A stretch of 64,000 nucleotides of DNA from an uncultured Actinomycetota bacterium (GTDB taxonomy: Bacteria; Actinomycetota; UBA4738; HRBIN12). Within the stretch, counting starts at the first letter, position 1. Every line of letters begins with the position of its first letter. The position numbers were made by a program, and so were the translations under genes. The stretch is from positions 174,865-238,864 of the forward strand of contig CAWAPY010000012.1 in NCBI GenBank assembly GCA_963784055.1, in the 5' to 3' direction. Of this stretch, positions 39,471 to 48,076 are shown piece by piece. Under the pieces are notes generated by a model. It saw only the letters and a program-made list of their open reading frames with translations. It searched no databases and had not been told where the DNA came from.

Positions 39471-41477
39471 TCAGATCTCCGTGAGCTGGTCCGCGAGATC
39501 TTCGGGATCCGTCACGGGGAGGCGACAGGTGAAGCGCTCACACACGTACGCGGTCGGGAGGCCGTCCACCTGCGGGCGGTCGCGAAGGAGCGCCACCGCG
39601 TCCATCGCCTCCTCGTCGTGAGGTTCGCCCATGGCGATGACCGCGTTCGGGAGGAAGCGGGCGCCGTGCACCTCGTTCACGAGCGACCGGGTGCGCTCGT
39701 CCTCGAGATCCCCGACGATGGCCACCTCCCGGGACGGACCGAGGGAGAGGTCGAGGGCGCAGAGGGCGTGACCGAACGCCGTTGGCGCCCTCCCCAACAC
39801 GTCACGGACCAAGCGGATCGCCGAGACGCCGATCCGCTCTCGGTCCGGGTCGCCGGAGAGGAGGGCGATCCGTTGGAGGACGTCAGCGGCCACCGAGTTC
39901 CCGGAGGGCACCGCGTTGTCGTACAGCTCCTTCGGTCGGAGGACGAGCGGGTCGTCGTCGGATCCCGTCTGGAAGAACCCGCCGTGCTCCGCGTCGAGGA
40001 ACAGGTCCACCACCGCGTCGATGAGCCCGACCGCCTCGCGGAACCACTCGACCGTTCCCGTGGTCGAGAAGAGCGTGAGGCAGGCCGAGGCCAACAGCGC
40101 ATGGTCATCGCAGAAGCCGGCCCGCCCCGGCACCCCTTCCCGCCATGAGCGCAGGAGTCGTCCGTCCGGCCGGCGGAGGTTCTTCAACAGGAAGCGCCCG
40201 CAATCCTCGGCGGCGTCGATGAACCGGGGCTCCCCGAACGCCCGGCCCGCTTCGGCCAATGCCGAGATCGCCATGGCGTTCCACGCGGTGAGCACCTTGT
40301 CGTCCGTTCCCGGCCGGACCCGCGCCCCTCTCGCCTCGAAGAGCGCGCGTCGTGCCGTGGAGAGGTCGAGCCCACTCGGCTCCGAGCCGCCCGGAAGCCA
40401 CAGCACGTTCGTGCCCTCCCAGTTGCCCGCCGGCGTGGCGCCGAAGGCGTCGGCAACGTCGGCGCCGATGAGGTCGACGAGGTCCTCCCAGGTCCACGTG
40501 AAGAACTTGCCCTCGACGCCCTCGGAATCCGCATCCTGACTCGAGAAGAACCCGCCCTCCGGGTGATGCATCTCGCGGAGGAGGTAATCGAGGGTGTCGG
40601 TCGCCACCCGGCGATACCGGCCATCGCGCGTCAACAACCATGCCCGGACGTAGAGCTGCGCGAGCTGCGCGTTGTCGTAGAGCATCTTCTCGAAGTGGGG
40701 GACGTGCCAGGCAGCGTCGGTCGAGTACCGCGCGAACCCGCCCCCGACCTGGTCGTAGATCCCGCCGGAGGCGATCCGATCCAAAGTCGTCGTGAGCATC
40801 TCGAGCGCGTCGGGCTTCCCGCGGACCGCCATGCGCAGGACGAACTCCAGCGTCATCGGCTGCGGGAACTTGGGGGCCACACCGAAGCCACCCCATCGCT
40901 CGTCGAATGCATCCCGCAGCTCGGCCAACGCACTCGTGCTGATCTCGTCGGTGAGCGGCTCCTCGGAACCCGTGACCGACAGGGTCCTCGAGATCGCCTC
41001 CACGACCCGGCTGCCTTGCCGTTCGACGTCGTCGCGGCGGTCCCTCCATGCTTCCGCGATCGCCTCGAGGACCTGCCGGAACGATGGCATGCCGTGGCTC
41101 GCCTCCTTGGGGAAGTAGGTGCCCGCGAAGAAGGGTCGTCCGTCGGGCGTGAGGAAGGCGGACAACGGCCAGCCACCCTGACCGGTCATCGACTGCACCG
41201 CATCCATGTAGATGGCGTCGAGATCGGGTCGTTCCTCCCGGTCCACCTTGATAGGAACGAAATTCGCGTTCAGGAAGGCGGCCGTCTCCTCGTCCTCGAA
41301 CGACTCGCGCTCCATGACGTGGCACCAGTGGCACGCGGCGTAGCCGATCGATAGGAAGATCGGACGCTCCTCGGCTTCCGCGACAGCGAGCGCTTCGTCC
41401 GCCCATGGGAACCAGTCCACCGGGTTCTCCGAGTGCTGGAGCAGGTACGGGCTCGTTTCCTGTGCCAGACGGTTCAT
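39471..41477 (-). CDS. YyaL/SPATA20-like thioredoxin-domain protein (DUF255)
   Basis: [55 protein letters not shown]. Confidence 0.93.
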   Translation of the reverse strand: MNRLAQETSPYLLQHSENPVDWFPWADEALAVAEAEERPIFLSIGYAACHWCHVMERESFEDEETAAFLNANFVPIKVDREERPDLDAIYMDAVQSMTGQGGWPLSAFLTPDGRPFFAGTYFPKEASHGMPSFRQVLEAIAEAWRDRRDDVERQGSRVVEAISRTLSVTGSEEPLTDEISTSALAELRDAFDERWGGFGVAPKFPQPMTLEFVLRMAVRGKPDALEMLTTTLDRIASGGIYDQVGGGFARYSTDAAWHVPHFEKMLYDNAQLAQLYVRAWLLTRDGRYRRVATDTLDYLLREMHHPEGGFFSSQDADSEGVEGKFFTWTWEDLVDLIGADVADAFGATPAGNWEGTNVLWLPGGSEPSGLDLSTARRALFEARGARVRPGTDDKVLTAWNAMAISALAEAGRAFGEPRFIDAAEDCGRFLLKNLRRPDGRLLRSWREGVPGRAGFCDDHALLASACLTLFSTTGTVEWFREAVGLIDAVVDLFLDAEHGGFFQTGSDDDPLVLRPKELYDNAVPSGNSVAADVLQRIALLSGDPDRERIGVSAIRLVRDVLGRAPTAFGHALCALDLSLGPSREVAIVGDLEDERTRSLVNEVHGARFLPNAVIAMGEPHDEEAMDAVALLRDRPQVDGLPTAYVCERFTCRLPVTDPEDLADQLTEI

Positions 41478-41510
41478 CGCGCCAGTGTCCCGCAGGCGCC
41501 GAGGAACGGC

Positions 41511-41538
41511 TCATCTTTGGACCCGGAGATGCCGATGT
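41511..41538 (+). promoter_or_regulatory. Sigma28-like promoter of the first atypical response regulator
   Basis: TCATC-N15-GCCGATGT, 9 nt before ATG 41548. Confidence 0.5.
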
Positions 41539-41547
41539 TCCGGGCAG

Positions 41548-42213
41548 ATGATGGACACGATCCGCATCCTCGTGATCGGCGAGAGCCTTGGCCTCACACA
41601 GGATCTCCTGCTCGCGATCCGTCGACGGACGGGATTCCACGTCCTCGGTCCGGTCCCCGACGAGGTTGCGGCGCTGGAGCTGTTGTCCGAGGCCCTGCCC
41701 GACATCGTCGTCGTGGAGCTCGACCGGCCCGACGGCCGGGGTGTCGCGATCGTGTCCGAGATCAGGCGTCAGACGCAGATCCGCGTGATGGCCGCCACGC
41801 GCTTCCCCGCAGCGCCGGCCGTGGAGCTCGCTCTGGCCGCCGGTGCGTGTGGCGTCCTCGCCGCCGATCGGGATCCGTCGAGCCTGGTCAGCGCGTTCCG
41901 GCGGGCCGCCGCAGGCGAGCTCGTCCTTCCAGCTGACGACCGGCCACTGCTCGTTGACCAGCTCCAGGAAGCCCGTATCAGGCACTCGCGCCAGGACCTC
42001 CTGGCCACGCTGACGAGGAGGGAGCGCGAGGTGATCGAGGCGATCGCTCGCGGAGCGACGACGACGGGCATCGCACGCGAACTCGGGATCAGCCCCGGAA
42101 CGGTCCAGTCCCACGTCAAGAACATCCTGCGCAAGCTGGAGGTCCACTCGAAGGTGGAGGCTGTCGGCGTGGCGTGGCGTGGCGGTGTCGCGCTCGACGC
42201 GCGATCGGCCTGA
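41548..42213 (+). CDS. NarL/LuxR-family regulator with degenerate receiver (RR1)
   Basis: HTH LTRREREVIEAIARG..IARELGISPGTVQSHVKNILRKL. The receiver has VIGE instead of DD, VVVE instead of the phospho-Asp, and lacks the conserved Lys. Confidence 0.9.
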   Translation: MMDTIRILVIGESLGLTQDLLLAIRRRTGFHVLGPVPDEVAALELLSEALPDIVVVELDRPDGRGVAIVSEIRRQTQIRVMAATRFPAAPAVELALAAGACGVLAADRDPSSLVSAFRRAAAGELVLPADDRPLLVDQLQEARIRHSRQDLLATLTRREREVIEAIARGATTTGIARELGISPGTVQSHVKNILRKLEVHSKVEAVGVAWRGGVALDARSA

Positions 42214-42229
42214 GCGCTAGCCTCGCGCG

Positions 42230-42883
42230 ATGGCCGACATGGGGCGCGCGGTCGTGGTCGCCTCCCATCGGACCGTTCGGGCCGTGATCGAGCTGGCGTG
42301 CCGCGCGCTGGATGTGATCGTCGTCGGCACTGCCGATACCGCGGCCGAGGCGACCGCCGCATGCCGTTCGAGCGCCCCGGACCTGTTGGTCCTGGATCTC
42401 GATCTCCCCGATGCCGATGGCTTCCGCGTCCTGACCGACCTCGACGACGATCGGCCCGGGGCCGTGCTGGTGCTCGCCGACCGCGCCGATGGGGACATGG
42501 TCCTCCGGGCGCTGCGCCTCGGCGCACGCGGGTACGTGACGAAAGCAGACGGGCTTGGGGACCTCACCGCGACCATCCGTCGTGTTCTCGCCGGGGAACG
42601 TGTCATGTCCCCGGGGCTGGAGCACGACGTGATGGGGGCTCTCGGGCGCATGGCCAGACAGGCGAGGGAGGGCGCCGCCGTGGATGCCGATCTGACGCCG
42701 AGGGAACGACAGGTCCTCGAGCTCCTCAGCGGAGGCATGACGCTCGGACAGATCGCGTCGAGGCTCGGGATCTCACCACGCACCGTCGAGACCCACGTGG
42801 CCAAGCTCTATCGGAAGCTCGGAGTGCGAACCAGGGTGCAAGCGATCTCTCGCGCGGCCACGCTCGGGTTGGTCGACCTGTAG
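42230..42883 (+). CDS. NarL/LuxR-family regulator with partly degenerate receiver (RR2)
   Basis: HTH LTPRERQVLELLSGG..ISPRTVETHVAKLYRKL. It keeps LVLD and GYVTK but lacks the acidic pocket (VVASH) and the Thr/Ser (VLAD). Confidence 0.9.
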   Translation: MADMGRAVVVASHRTVRAVIELACRALDVIVVGTADTAAEATAACRSSAPDLLVLDLDLPDADGFRVLTDLDDDRPGAVLVLADRADGDMVLRALRLGARGYVTKADGLGDLTATIRRVLAGERVMSPGLEHDVMGALGRMARQAREGAAVDADLTPRERQVLELLSGGMTLGQIASRLGISPRTVETHVAKLYRKLGVRTRVQAISRAATLGLVDL

Positions 42884-42948
42884 CCTCACCGCATCGATCC
42901 CAGACCCTTTCGAACGAAGAGAAGATCCGCCCCAGCCACCGAGGACGC

Positions 42949-43653
42949 GTGAGCGAGAAGCGAACAGACGCAGACGACCGAACGTCCGCCGTGCGTCTGG
43001 GCGTGTTCGTGGTCGAGCCGTTCGCCGTCGTGCGTGCCGGTCTCGTACGGACCATCGATGAGAGCCCGGGCCTCGAGGTCCTCGGCTCAGCGGCGAGCGC
43101 CTCTGAAGCGATGGACGTCGTCGGTCGGCTCGATCGATCGCGAGTGGTCATCCTCGTGGCGATGGGCCTCGCCGGCGAGCAGGACGCCTACTGGCTGATC
43201 CGCGCCCTGCGTGAGCGATCCCCCGGACATGTGATCCTGGGGATGGGTGCGAACGCCGATCCGAACGCGGTCTCCCGGGCCCTGTTCACGGGCGCCGACG
43301 GTTTCGTCGACAAGAACGTGGAGGTCGAGGAGTTCCTCGCCGCTCTCCGGGCTTCGGGCGAGGAGGAGGTGGTGATCGCGGGACCCGCCGCCGCGTCGGT
43401 GGGCACGATCGCGGAGGGGATCGAACGCCGTCGGAGTCCGACCTTCCGCCTCACGCGACGCGAGCGAGAGGTTCTTCTGATCGCCTCGGAGGGACTCACG
43501 GCGCGGGAGATCGCCGAGCGACTCGGCGTACGGGAGCGAACGGTCACGACGCACCTGGCAAGGATCTACGGCAAGCTCGGCGTGGGGAACCGTCTCGCAG
43601 CTCTTCGCATGGCCGCACGATCCGGGCTCGTGTCGATGCGTCACGACGAGTAG
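42949..43653 (+). CDS. NarL/LuxR-family regulator with degenerate receiver (RR3)
   Basis: GTG 42949; HTH LTRREREVLLIASEG..VRERTVTTHLARIYGKL. The phospho-Asp position is Ala (VILVA). Confidence 0.88.
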   Translation: MSEKRTDADDRTSAVRLGVFVVEPFAVVRAGLVRTIDESPGLEVLGSAASASEAMDVVGRLDRSRVVILVAMGLAGEQDAYWLIRALRERSPGHVILGMGANADPNAVSRALFTGADGFVDKNVEVEEFLAALRASGEEEVVIAGPAAASVGTIAEGIERRRSPTFRLTRREREVLLIASEGLTAREIAERLGVRERTVTTHLARIYGKLGVGNRLAALRMAARSGLVSMRHDE

Positions 43654-45111
43654 CTAGGATCGGACGAACACGGAGCCGGCCGGGCCGTCGACAACTCGCC
43701 GCCAGCCGTCCGCCTCGGAGAGCTCGTCTTTCAACACCGCGTCAGGCGGTAAGACGACACCGTCGATCCGGTGCTCGTCGAGGATCTGTCGCCAGCTCTC
43801 CGTCGCGGCGATCGCTCGATCGTAGTCGTGCCACACCCCGTCGGGGAAGAGCTCGATCCTCGAATCGACCATCACGGGATCCTCCGGAAGCGAGTACTCG
43901 AACCAGGACGCGAACGGCTGATACACCAGCAGGCGGGATCCAGCCGGCAGGGTTGCGCGTGTCGCCTCGACGAGGACCTCGGGCGCGTCTGCCGCGAGTC
44001 GCTGCGTGGTGCCGGTCACGGGGTCGATCCCCGCCCGAAGGACCAGCGCGATCGGGATGAGCGCGACGATGCAGGTGGAGGCCGCGACCTTCAAGGGATC
44101 GACCCGATGAGCTCCATCGTCCGGTTGCTCCGGCGATCGGAACCATCGGGACACGACCGGGGGCGCCGCCAGCGCCCACCAGAGCGTGCCCCTGATCGCG
44201 GGGACGCCGAGAGCGAAGAACACGATCAGCCGCGCGATGTCGATCGGACGGACGCTTCTGCGCTTCCACAGTGCCGTCACGAGGACGATCACACCGGAGG
44301 CCCAGAATGGACCCCCGCTCAGCGACAAGGGGGTTGGAGCACGCCATTCGGCCACCCAATTCCGGATCGTCTCGTTGCGAGAGATCTCGACGGCGTATGA
44401 CCACACGCTCGGTCCGAAGGGTGTGACGAACGTCGCCGCAACGGTTGCCAGCAACACCAGCGAGGTCCGTGCCGCCGGTTTGCGGTCGAAAAGATCCTCA
44501 CCGAAAGCGAACGCCACCAAGAGCGGGGCGAGCACGAAGCTTCCGTGTACGTTCGCCCAGCCCAGGGCAAGGATCGGCACCAACCACATCCACTTGTCGC
44601 GCCTCGTGAGGAGCAGCCAGGTTCCCGTGAAGAGGGGCACGGCGAGCGCTTGGGGCCGAGGCGCAGGGGGTCCGGTGGCAACGAGAAGCGCCGACAGTGT
44701 GAGCACGGCAGCCGTTCGTGGGCGAGCTCCGGCCCGCCGACAGCTCGCGAAGAGGAAGCCGAAGCCAGCTCCGACCGCCGCCGCCATGGTCATGGCGACC
44801 CCAAACCACCCGAGCAACCGATGTGCCCCGGCGAAGACGAGCTGCGCCCCCCACTGCTGGTTCACCCAGGGAAGACCGCCACGAGTGAATGTGAACGGAT
44901 CCGTTCGGAGGAGATCCCCCGACTGCAGGGTGAGGGCGCCCGCCTTCACGTGGTAGGCAAGGTCGATGGCTCTCATCCTCGTCAGCAGCGAGGCCGTCGC
45001 GGGGAGCACAGAGGCCAGGAGCGCCCAAGGAGGTTGAGAGCGTCCGTGAGCCGCGGCCCCCGTTCGCCCAGTTCGGGACGCGGTGTTCGCAGGTGTGCCC
45101 AACCGGAGCAT
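43654..45111 (-). CDS. GT-C-like polytopic membrane protein divergent from flp
   Basis: DLAYHVKAG...DPFTFT.GG.PWVNQQW, RPQ, WANVHGSF, TPFG, EW, DSRIELF; many TM helices. Confidence 0.75.
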   Translation of the reverse strand: MLRLGTPANTASRTGRTGAAAHGRSQPPWALLASVLPATASLLTRMRAIDLAYHVKAGALTLQSGDLLRTDPFTFTRGGLPWVNQQWGAQLVFAGAHRLLGWFGVAMTMAAAVGAGFGFLFASCRRAGARPRTAAVLTLSALLVATGPPAPRPQALAVPLFTGTWLLLTRRDKWMWLVPILALGWANVHGSFVLAPLLVAFAFGEDLFDRKPAARTSLVLLATVAATFVTPFGPSVWSYAVEISRNETIRNWVAEWRAPTPLSLSGGPFWASGVIVLVTALWKRRSVRPIDIARLIVFFALGVPAIRGTLWWALAAPPVVSRWFRSPEQPDDGAHRVDPLKVAASTCIVALIPIALVLRAGIDPVTGTTQRLAADAPEVLVEATRATLPAGSRLLVYQPFASWFEYSLPEDPVMVDSRIELFPDGVWHDYDRAIAATESWRQILDEHRIDGVVLPPDAVLKDELSEADGWRRVVDGPAGSVFVRS

Positions 45112-45162
45112 CGTACGGGCTTCGGTCCGGTTCCCTGGCAGCCGGCGAAGAAGTCCAAATCG

Positions 45163-45178
45163 TACGTCGAAGTACGTA
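45163..45178. promoter_or_regulatory. Palindromic NarL-type box upstream of flp copy 1
   Basis: TACGT-CGAAGT-ACGTA, followed by GGAAT-N5-ATTCC (45191-45205) and a -10-like TATCGT (45225-45230). Confidence 0.6.
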
Positions 45179-45235
45179 CTGAAATGCAGTGGAATACGGG
45201 ATTCCTTGGTGCATGGGGCGCTTCTATCGTTCCCA

Positions 45236-45290
45236 ACTGGCGGAGTAGCAGTTCGCCTGTGGGGCGAAAGCCCCGAGGACGGGATCTCGG
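45236..45290 (+). ncRNA. Candidate structured 5' leader of flp copy 1 (no known family recognised)
   Basis: ACTGGCG..CGCCTGT stem, GGGGC-GAAA-GCCCC tetraloop hairpin, and an overlapping CCGAG..CTCGG stem directly before the SD. Confidence 0.45.
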
Positions 45291-45308
45291 AGGAAGGAGG
45301 TGTATCGG

Positions 45309-45516
45309 ATGCTTAAGCTCTACACGGGTCTTCAGACTTGGTGGGCCGACCTCAAGGCTCGCGCCACGGAGGAGCACGGCGCGACCGCGGTCGAGTACGC
45401 ATTGATGGTCGCTCTGATCGCAGTGGTCGATCATCCTGGCGGTGACCTTCATCGGCACGTCTGCTTCCACGAAGTTCAGCGAGGTTGGATCGGCAGTCAA
45501 CAGCGCCGGTTCGTAG
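45309..45516 (+). CDS. flp: Flp/Fap type IVb pilin, copy 1 (one extra C near 45428)
   Basis: EHG|ATAVEYALMVALIAVV; differs from copy 2 by GTGGTCGATC versus GTGGTGATC. Confidence 0.9.
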
Positions 45517-45528
45517 CTCCAACCGATC

Positions 45529-45593
45529 GAGCGGCCATCGGCCGCTCTCGCCGCTCTCGCCGTCAGGCGCAAGGGCGGCGAGAGCGGTCGAGA
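45529..45593 (+). terminator. Tandem hairpins after flp copy 1
   Basis: GAGCGGCC-ATC-GGCCGCTC, then CCGCTCTCGCCGT...GCGGCGAGAGCGG. Confidence 0.6.
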
Positions 45594-45820
45594 CCACCGG
45601 CATCCCCATCGGGATCGCTCATTCGACCCCGCAGAACCACTCGCCAGAGCGCAACCGGATCCTGGCGACCTCTCCCACCGCAGCGCAGGGTCAGTCAGAC
45701 CTTCGCCCTACGTCGGCATCGTTACTCCAGGCACGAAAAGGTATCCCTTTGGGGGTTCCACTTCCGCACCCAACGGGGTACCATGCGGCGTCTTCTTCGG
45801 GCACTCCTCGAGAGGATGCG

Positions 45821-45836
45821 TACGTAGAAACACGTA
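45821..45836. promoter_or_regulatory. Palindromic NarL-type box upstream of flp copy 2
   Basis: TACGT-AGAAAC-ACGTA, same spacing to GGAAT-N5-ATTCC (45849-45863) and TATCGT (45883-45888) as in copy 1. Confidence 0.6.
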
Positions 45837-45893
45837 GACAACTCCAGTGGAATACGGGATTCCCTGGAGGATGGGGCGCTTCTATCGTTCCCA

Positions 45894-45948
45894 ACTGGCG
45901 GAGTAACGGTTCGCCAGTGGGGCGAAAGCCCCGAGGACGGGATCTCGG
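45894..45948 (+). ncRNA. Candidate structured 5' leader of flp copy 2
   Basis: Perfect ACTGGCG/CGCCAGT stem, GGGGC-GAAA-GCCCC hairpin, CCGAG/CTCGG stem. Confidence 0.45.
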
Positions 45949-45967
45949 AGGAAGGGAGGTGTATCGG

Positions 45968-46174
45968 ATGCTTAAGCTCTACACGGGTCTTCAGACCTGG
46001 TGGGCCGACCTCAAGGCCAGCGTCACGGAGGAGCGCGGCGCGACCGCGGTCGAGTACGCGTTGATGGTCGCTCTGATCGCAGTGGTGATCATCCTGGCGG
46101 TGACCTTCATCGGCACGTCTGCTTCGACGAAGTTCAGCCAGGTCGGATCGGCAGTCAACGGCGCCGGTTCGTAG
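45968..46174 (+). CDS. flp: Flp/Fap type IVb pilin, copy 2 (intact, 68 aa)
   Basis: MLKLYTGLQTWWADLKASVTEERG|ATAVEYALMVALIAVVIILAVTFIGTSASTKFSQVGSAVNGAGS; strong SD GGAGGTG. Confidence 0.95.
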   Translation: MLKLYTGLQTWWADLKASVTEERGATAVEYALMVALIAVVIILAVTFIGTSASTKFSQVGSAVNGAGS

Positions 46175-46186
46175 CTCCAACCGATC

Positions 46187-46231
46187 GAGCGGCCATCGGC
46201 CGCTCTCGCCGCCGCCTCAAGGCGGCGGCGA
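46187..46231 (+). terminator. Tandem hairpins after flp copy 2
   Basis: GAGCGGCC-ATC-GGCCGCTC and TCGCCGCCGCC-TCAA-GGCGGCGGCGA. Confidence 0.6.
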
Positions 46232-46244
46232 TAGGAGCCGATGG
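46217..46244 (+). promoter_or_regulatory. Sigma28-like promoter of tadE
   Basis: TCAAG-N15-GCCGATGG, 13 nt before ATG 46258. Confidence 0.6.
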
Positions 46245-46257
46245 ATTCTCAGGAGTG

Positions 46258-46686
46258 ATGGGTGTGAGCGTGCGAAGCAAGCTGCGCCGGGAGGACGGGG
46301 CTGCCGCGGTCGAGTTCGCCTTGATCGTCGGGCTGCTCGCCGTCCTTATCTTCGGGTTGCTCGAGTACGGACTCGCGTTCTGGCAGGTGCAGAACCTGCG
46401 TTCCGCGGCCCGTGAGGGAGCGCGGGTGGCCGCGGTGCGCGGCGACGCCACCGCGGTGCGGAGTGCGATGGTCGATTCCTCCGCAGGCTCTCTGAGCGGA
46501 TCGTGGACGTACACACAGAATCGAACGTGCGACGGATCGACCGCGAACACGGGTCAGCAGGTGACGATCCAGATCACCAACAGCTCGCTGTCCGGACCGG
46601 TGCAGGAGGCCTTCCAGGTGTCCATCCCCTTCCTCCCGCCGCTCCAGCTCGACCCCGTCTTGCGAGGCAGCTTCCGCTGCGAATGA
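46258..46686 (+). CDS. tadE: TadE-like pseudopilin
   Basis: EDG|AAAVEFALIVGLLAVLIFGLLEYG...AAREGARVAAV; ends FRCE. Confidence 0.9.
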   Translation: MGVSVRSKLRREDGAAAVEFALIVGLLAVLIFGLLEYGLAFWQVQNLRSAAREGARVAAVRGDATAVRSAMVDSSAGSLSGSWTYTQNRTCDGSTANTGQQVTIQITNSSLSGPVQEAFQVSIPFLPPLQLDPVLRGSFRCE

Positions 46687-46693
46687 GCGTCCG

Positions 46694-48066
46694 ATGAGGA
46701 GGCGACCCCCCTTGGCCGATCCCAACACGCTCCGCGACGACGAACGCGGAGCGACCGCCGTCATCGTCGTGTTGAGCCTGATCGCGCTGTTCGGATTGAT
46801 CGTGCTCACGGTGGACGTGGGGCAATTGCTCTTCCAGCGCCGCGGGATGGTGAACGCCTCGGACGCGGCGGCCCTCGCCGCCGCTCAGTCGTGCGCGGGG
46901 CTCGATGATTCCGACGTCCCGGAGGCGATGGCCGATACCTTCGCGGTGAACAACGTCGGCAGCGCCATCACGGCGGTCCCGAACATCACGGAGATGGTCG
47001 GATGCGACGGTCCGGCGTACGGCCACGTCAGCGTCGAATACGCGATGAACCAGGATCTCTTCTTCGCAGGCGTTCTGGGCTTCAACGGACCGGCCTCCGT
47101 GCGGACCGCCGCCACGGCCGGATGGGGTCCCGCCGGCGGCGCGAACCCGCTCCCGATCGTCGTCTACACGGGGAACGACCAGGGCAACTGCGACATCGAA
47201 GAGGGAACCCCGGCGGGGGTCCCGTGCTACCTCTGGTACGACAACGACCTGTTCGAGAACTCCGCGTTCGGGTTCCTGAACCTCTGCACCGCCACGGACC
47301 CCTGCACGCACGGGTGGGATGTCGTGTCGGATGCGAACTGCCCGAACGTGGGATCGAGCCTCCGTGACGACTGGATCCTCGGGCAACTGGACGGGCGGGC
47401 CCAACGAGCTCAACTACCCGGATCCGACCTACGTCTGTGTCGTCACGGGAGTCTCATCGGCCAACTGGCAAGACCTCGAGCGGCGGGCCGGATTCCCGGA
47501 TGAGCGATTCCGACCTCATCTTCCCGATCGATGATTGCACCACCAACGTCGACAACAACGGGAACATCGTCGGCTGCGACGCGTTCCCGAACAAGTACAA
47601 CATCATCGGGTTCATCACCCTCCACCTCGACGAGGTGCTGCAGAGCGCCGCGGAGTGGGGCGGCATCGCGCAGACCTCCTGCCAGCGGAACAACCTCGAC
47701 GTGACGCCCGGGTTGGTCGTGCCGTTGTCGTCCTTCCCGGGAGGGCAGTGCCCCAACGGGAACACGCCCACGGGTGTGGTCGACTTCAGGATCGACAGCC
47801 AGACGTCGAGCCCGAACTGGACGTACGACAACCTGAACAAGCAGTTCACGTGGACGGGACCGGCGGACAGGGTCGACGTGAACTTCGACTGGTGGCTGGA
47901 CGGCGAGTGTGGCCAACCGCCTGCGAACTCCAGTGCCGTCTGCATCAAGGTCCACACGGTGAAGGTTCGCTTCGGTGGAACGGATCCCGGCGGAGGGGCG
48001 GACTTCGGAACGCGGGCGATCAGGCTCTGCGACCTCGCGATCGGGAGCTGTCCCGAACAAGATTGA
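46694..48066 (+). CDS. TadG-like Cys-rich pilus protein, frameshifts near 47380 and 47500
   Basis: ERG|ATAVIVVLSLIALFGLIVLTVDVG..NASDAAALAAAQSC; continues NWTGGPNELNYPDPTYVC and LIFPIDDC...GGGADFGTRAIRLC in other frames. Confidence 0.85.
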
Positions 48067-48076
48067 GCGAGAACAC

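Larger units (their letters stand above)
45163..46213 (+). repeat. Direct duplication of a ~390-bp flp cassette (45163-45554 and 45821-46213, offset 658 bp)
   Basis: Near-identical promoter, leader, RBS, flp CDS and 3' hairpin in both copies. Confidence 0.95.

Noticed and set aside
41548-43653. VpsT/CsgD-type c-di-GMP-binding regulators
   Set aside because: The W[F/L/M][T/S]R motif after the receiver is absent (GELVLP, GERVMS, EEVVIA).
45236-45290. c-di-GMP or c-di-AMP riboswitch upstream of flp
   Set aside because: It has a GAAA tetraloop but lacks the GGCAAACC...GACGCAAAGC core of class I and the recognisable class II or ydaO elements. Kept only as an unnamed candidate.
45309-45516. flp copy 1 as a pseudogene or phase-variable gene
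   Set aside because: The indel is not in a homopolymer or repeat tract and matches the window-wide GATC-adjacent error pattern. The rest of the gene and its signals are intact. It cannot be fully excluded without reads.
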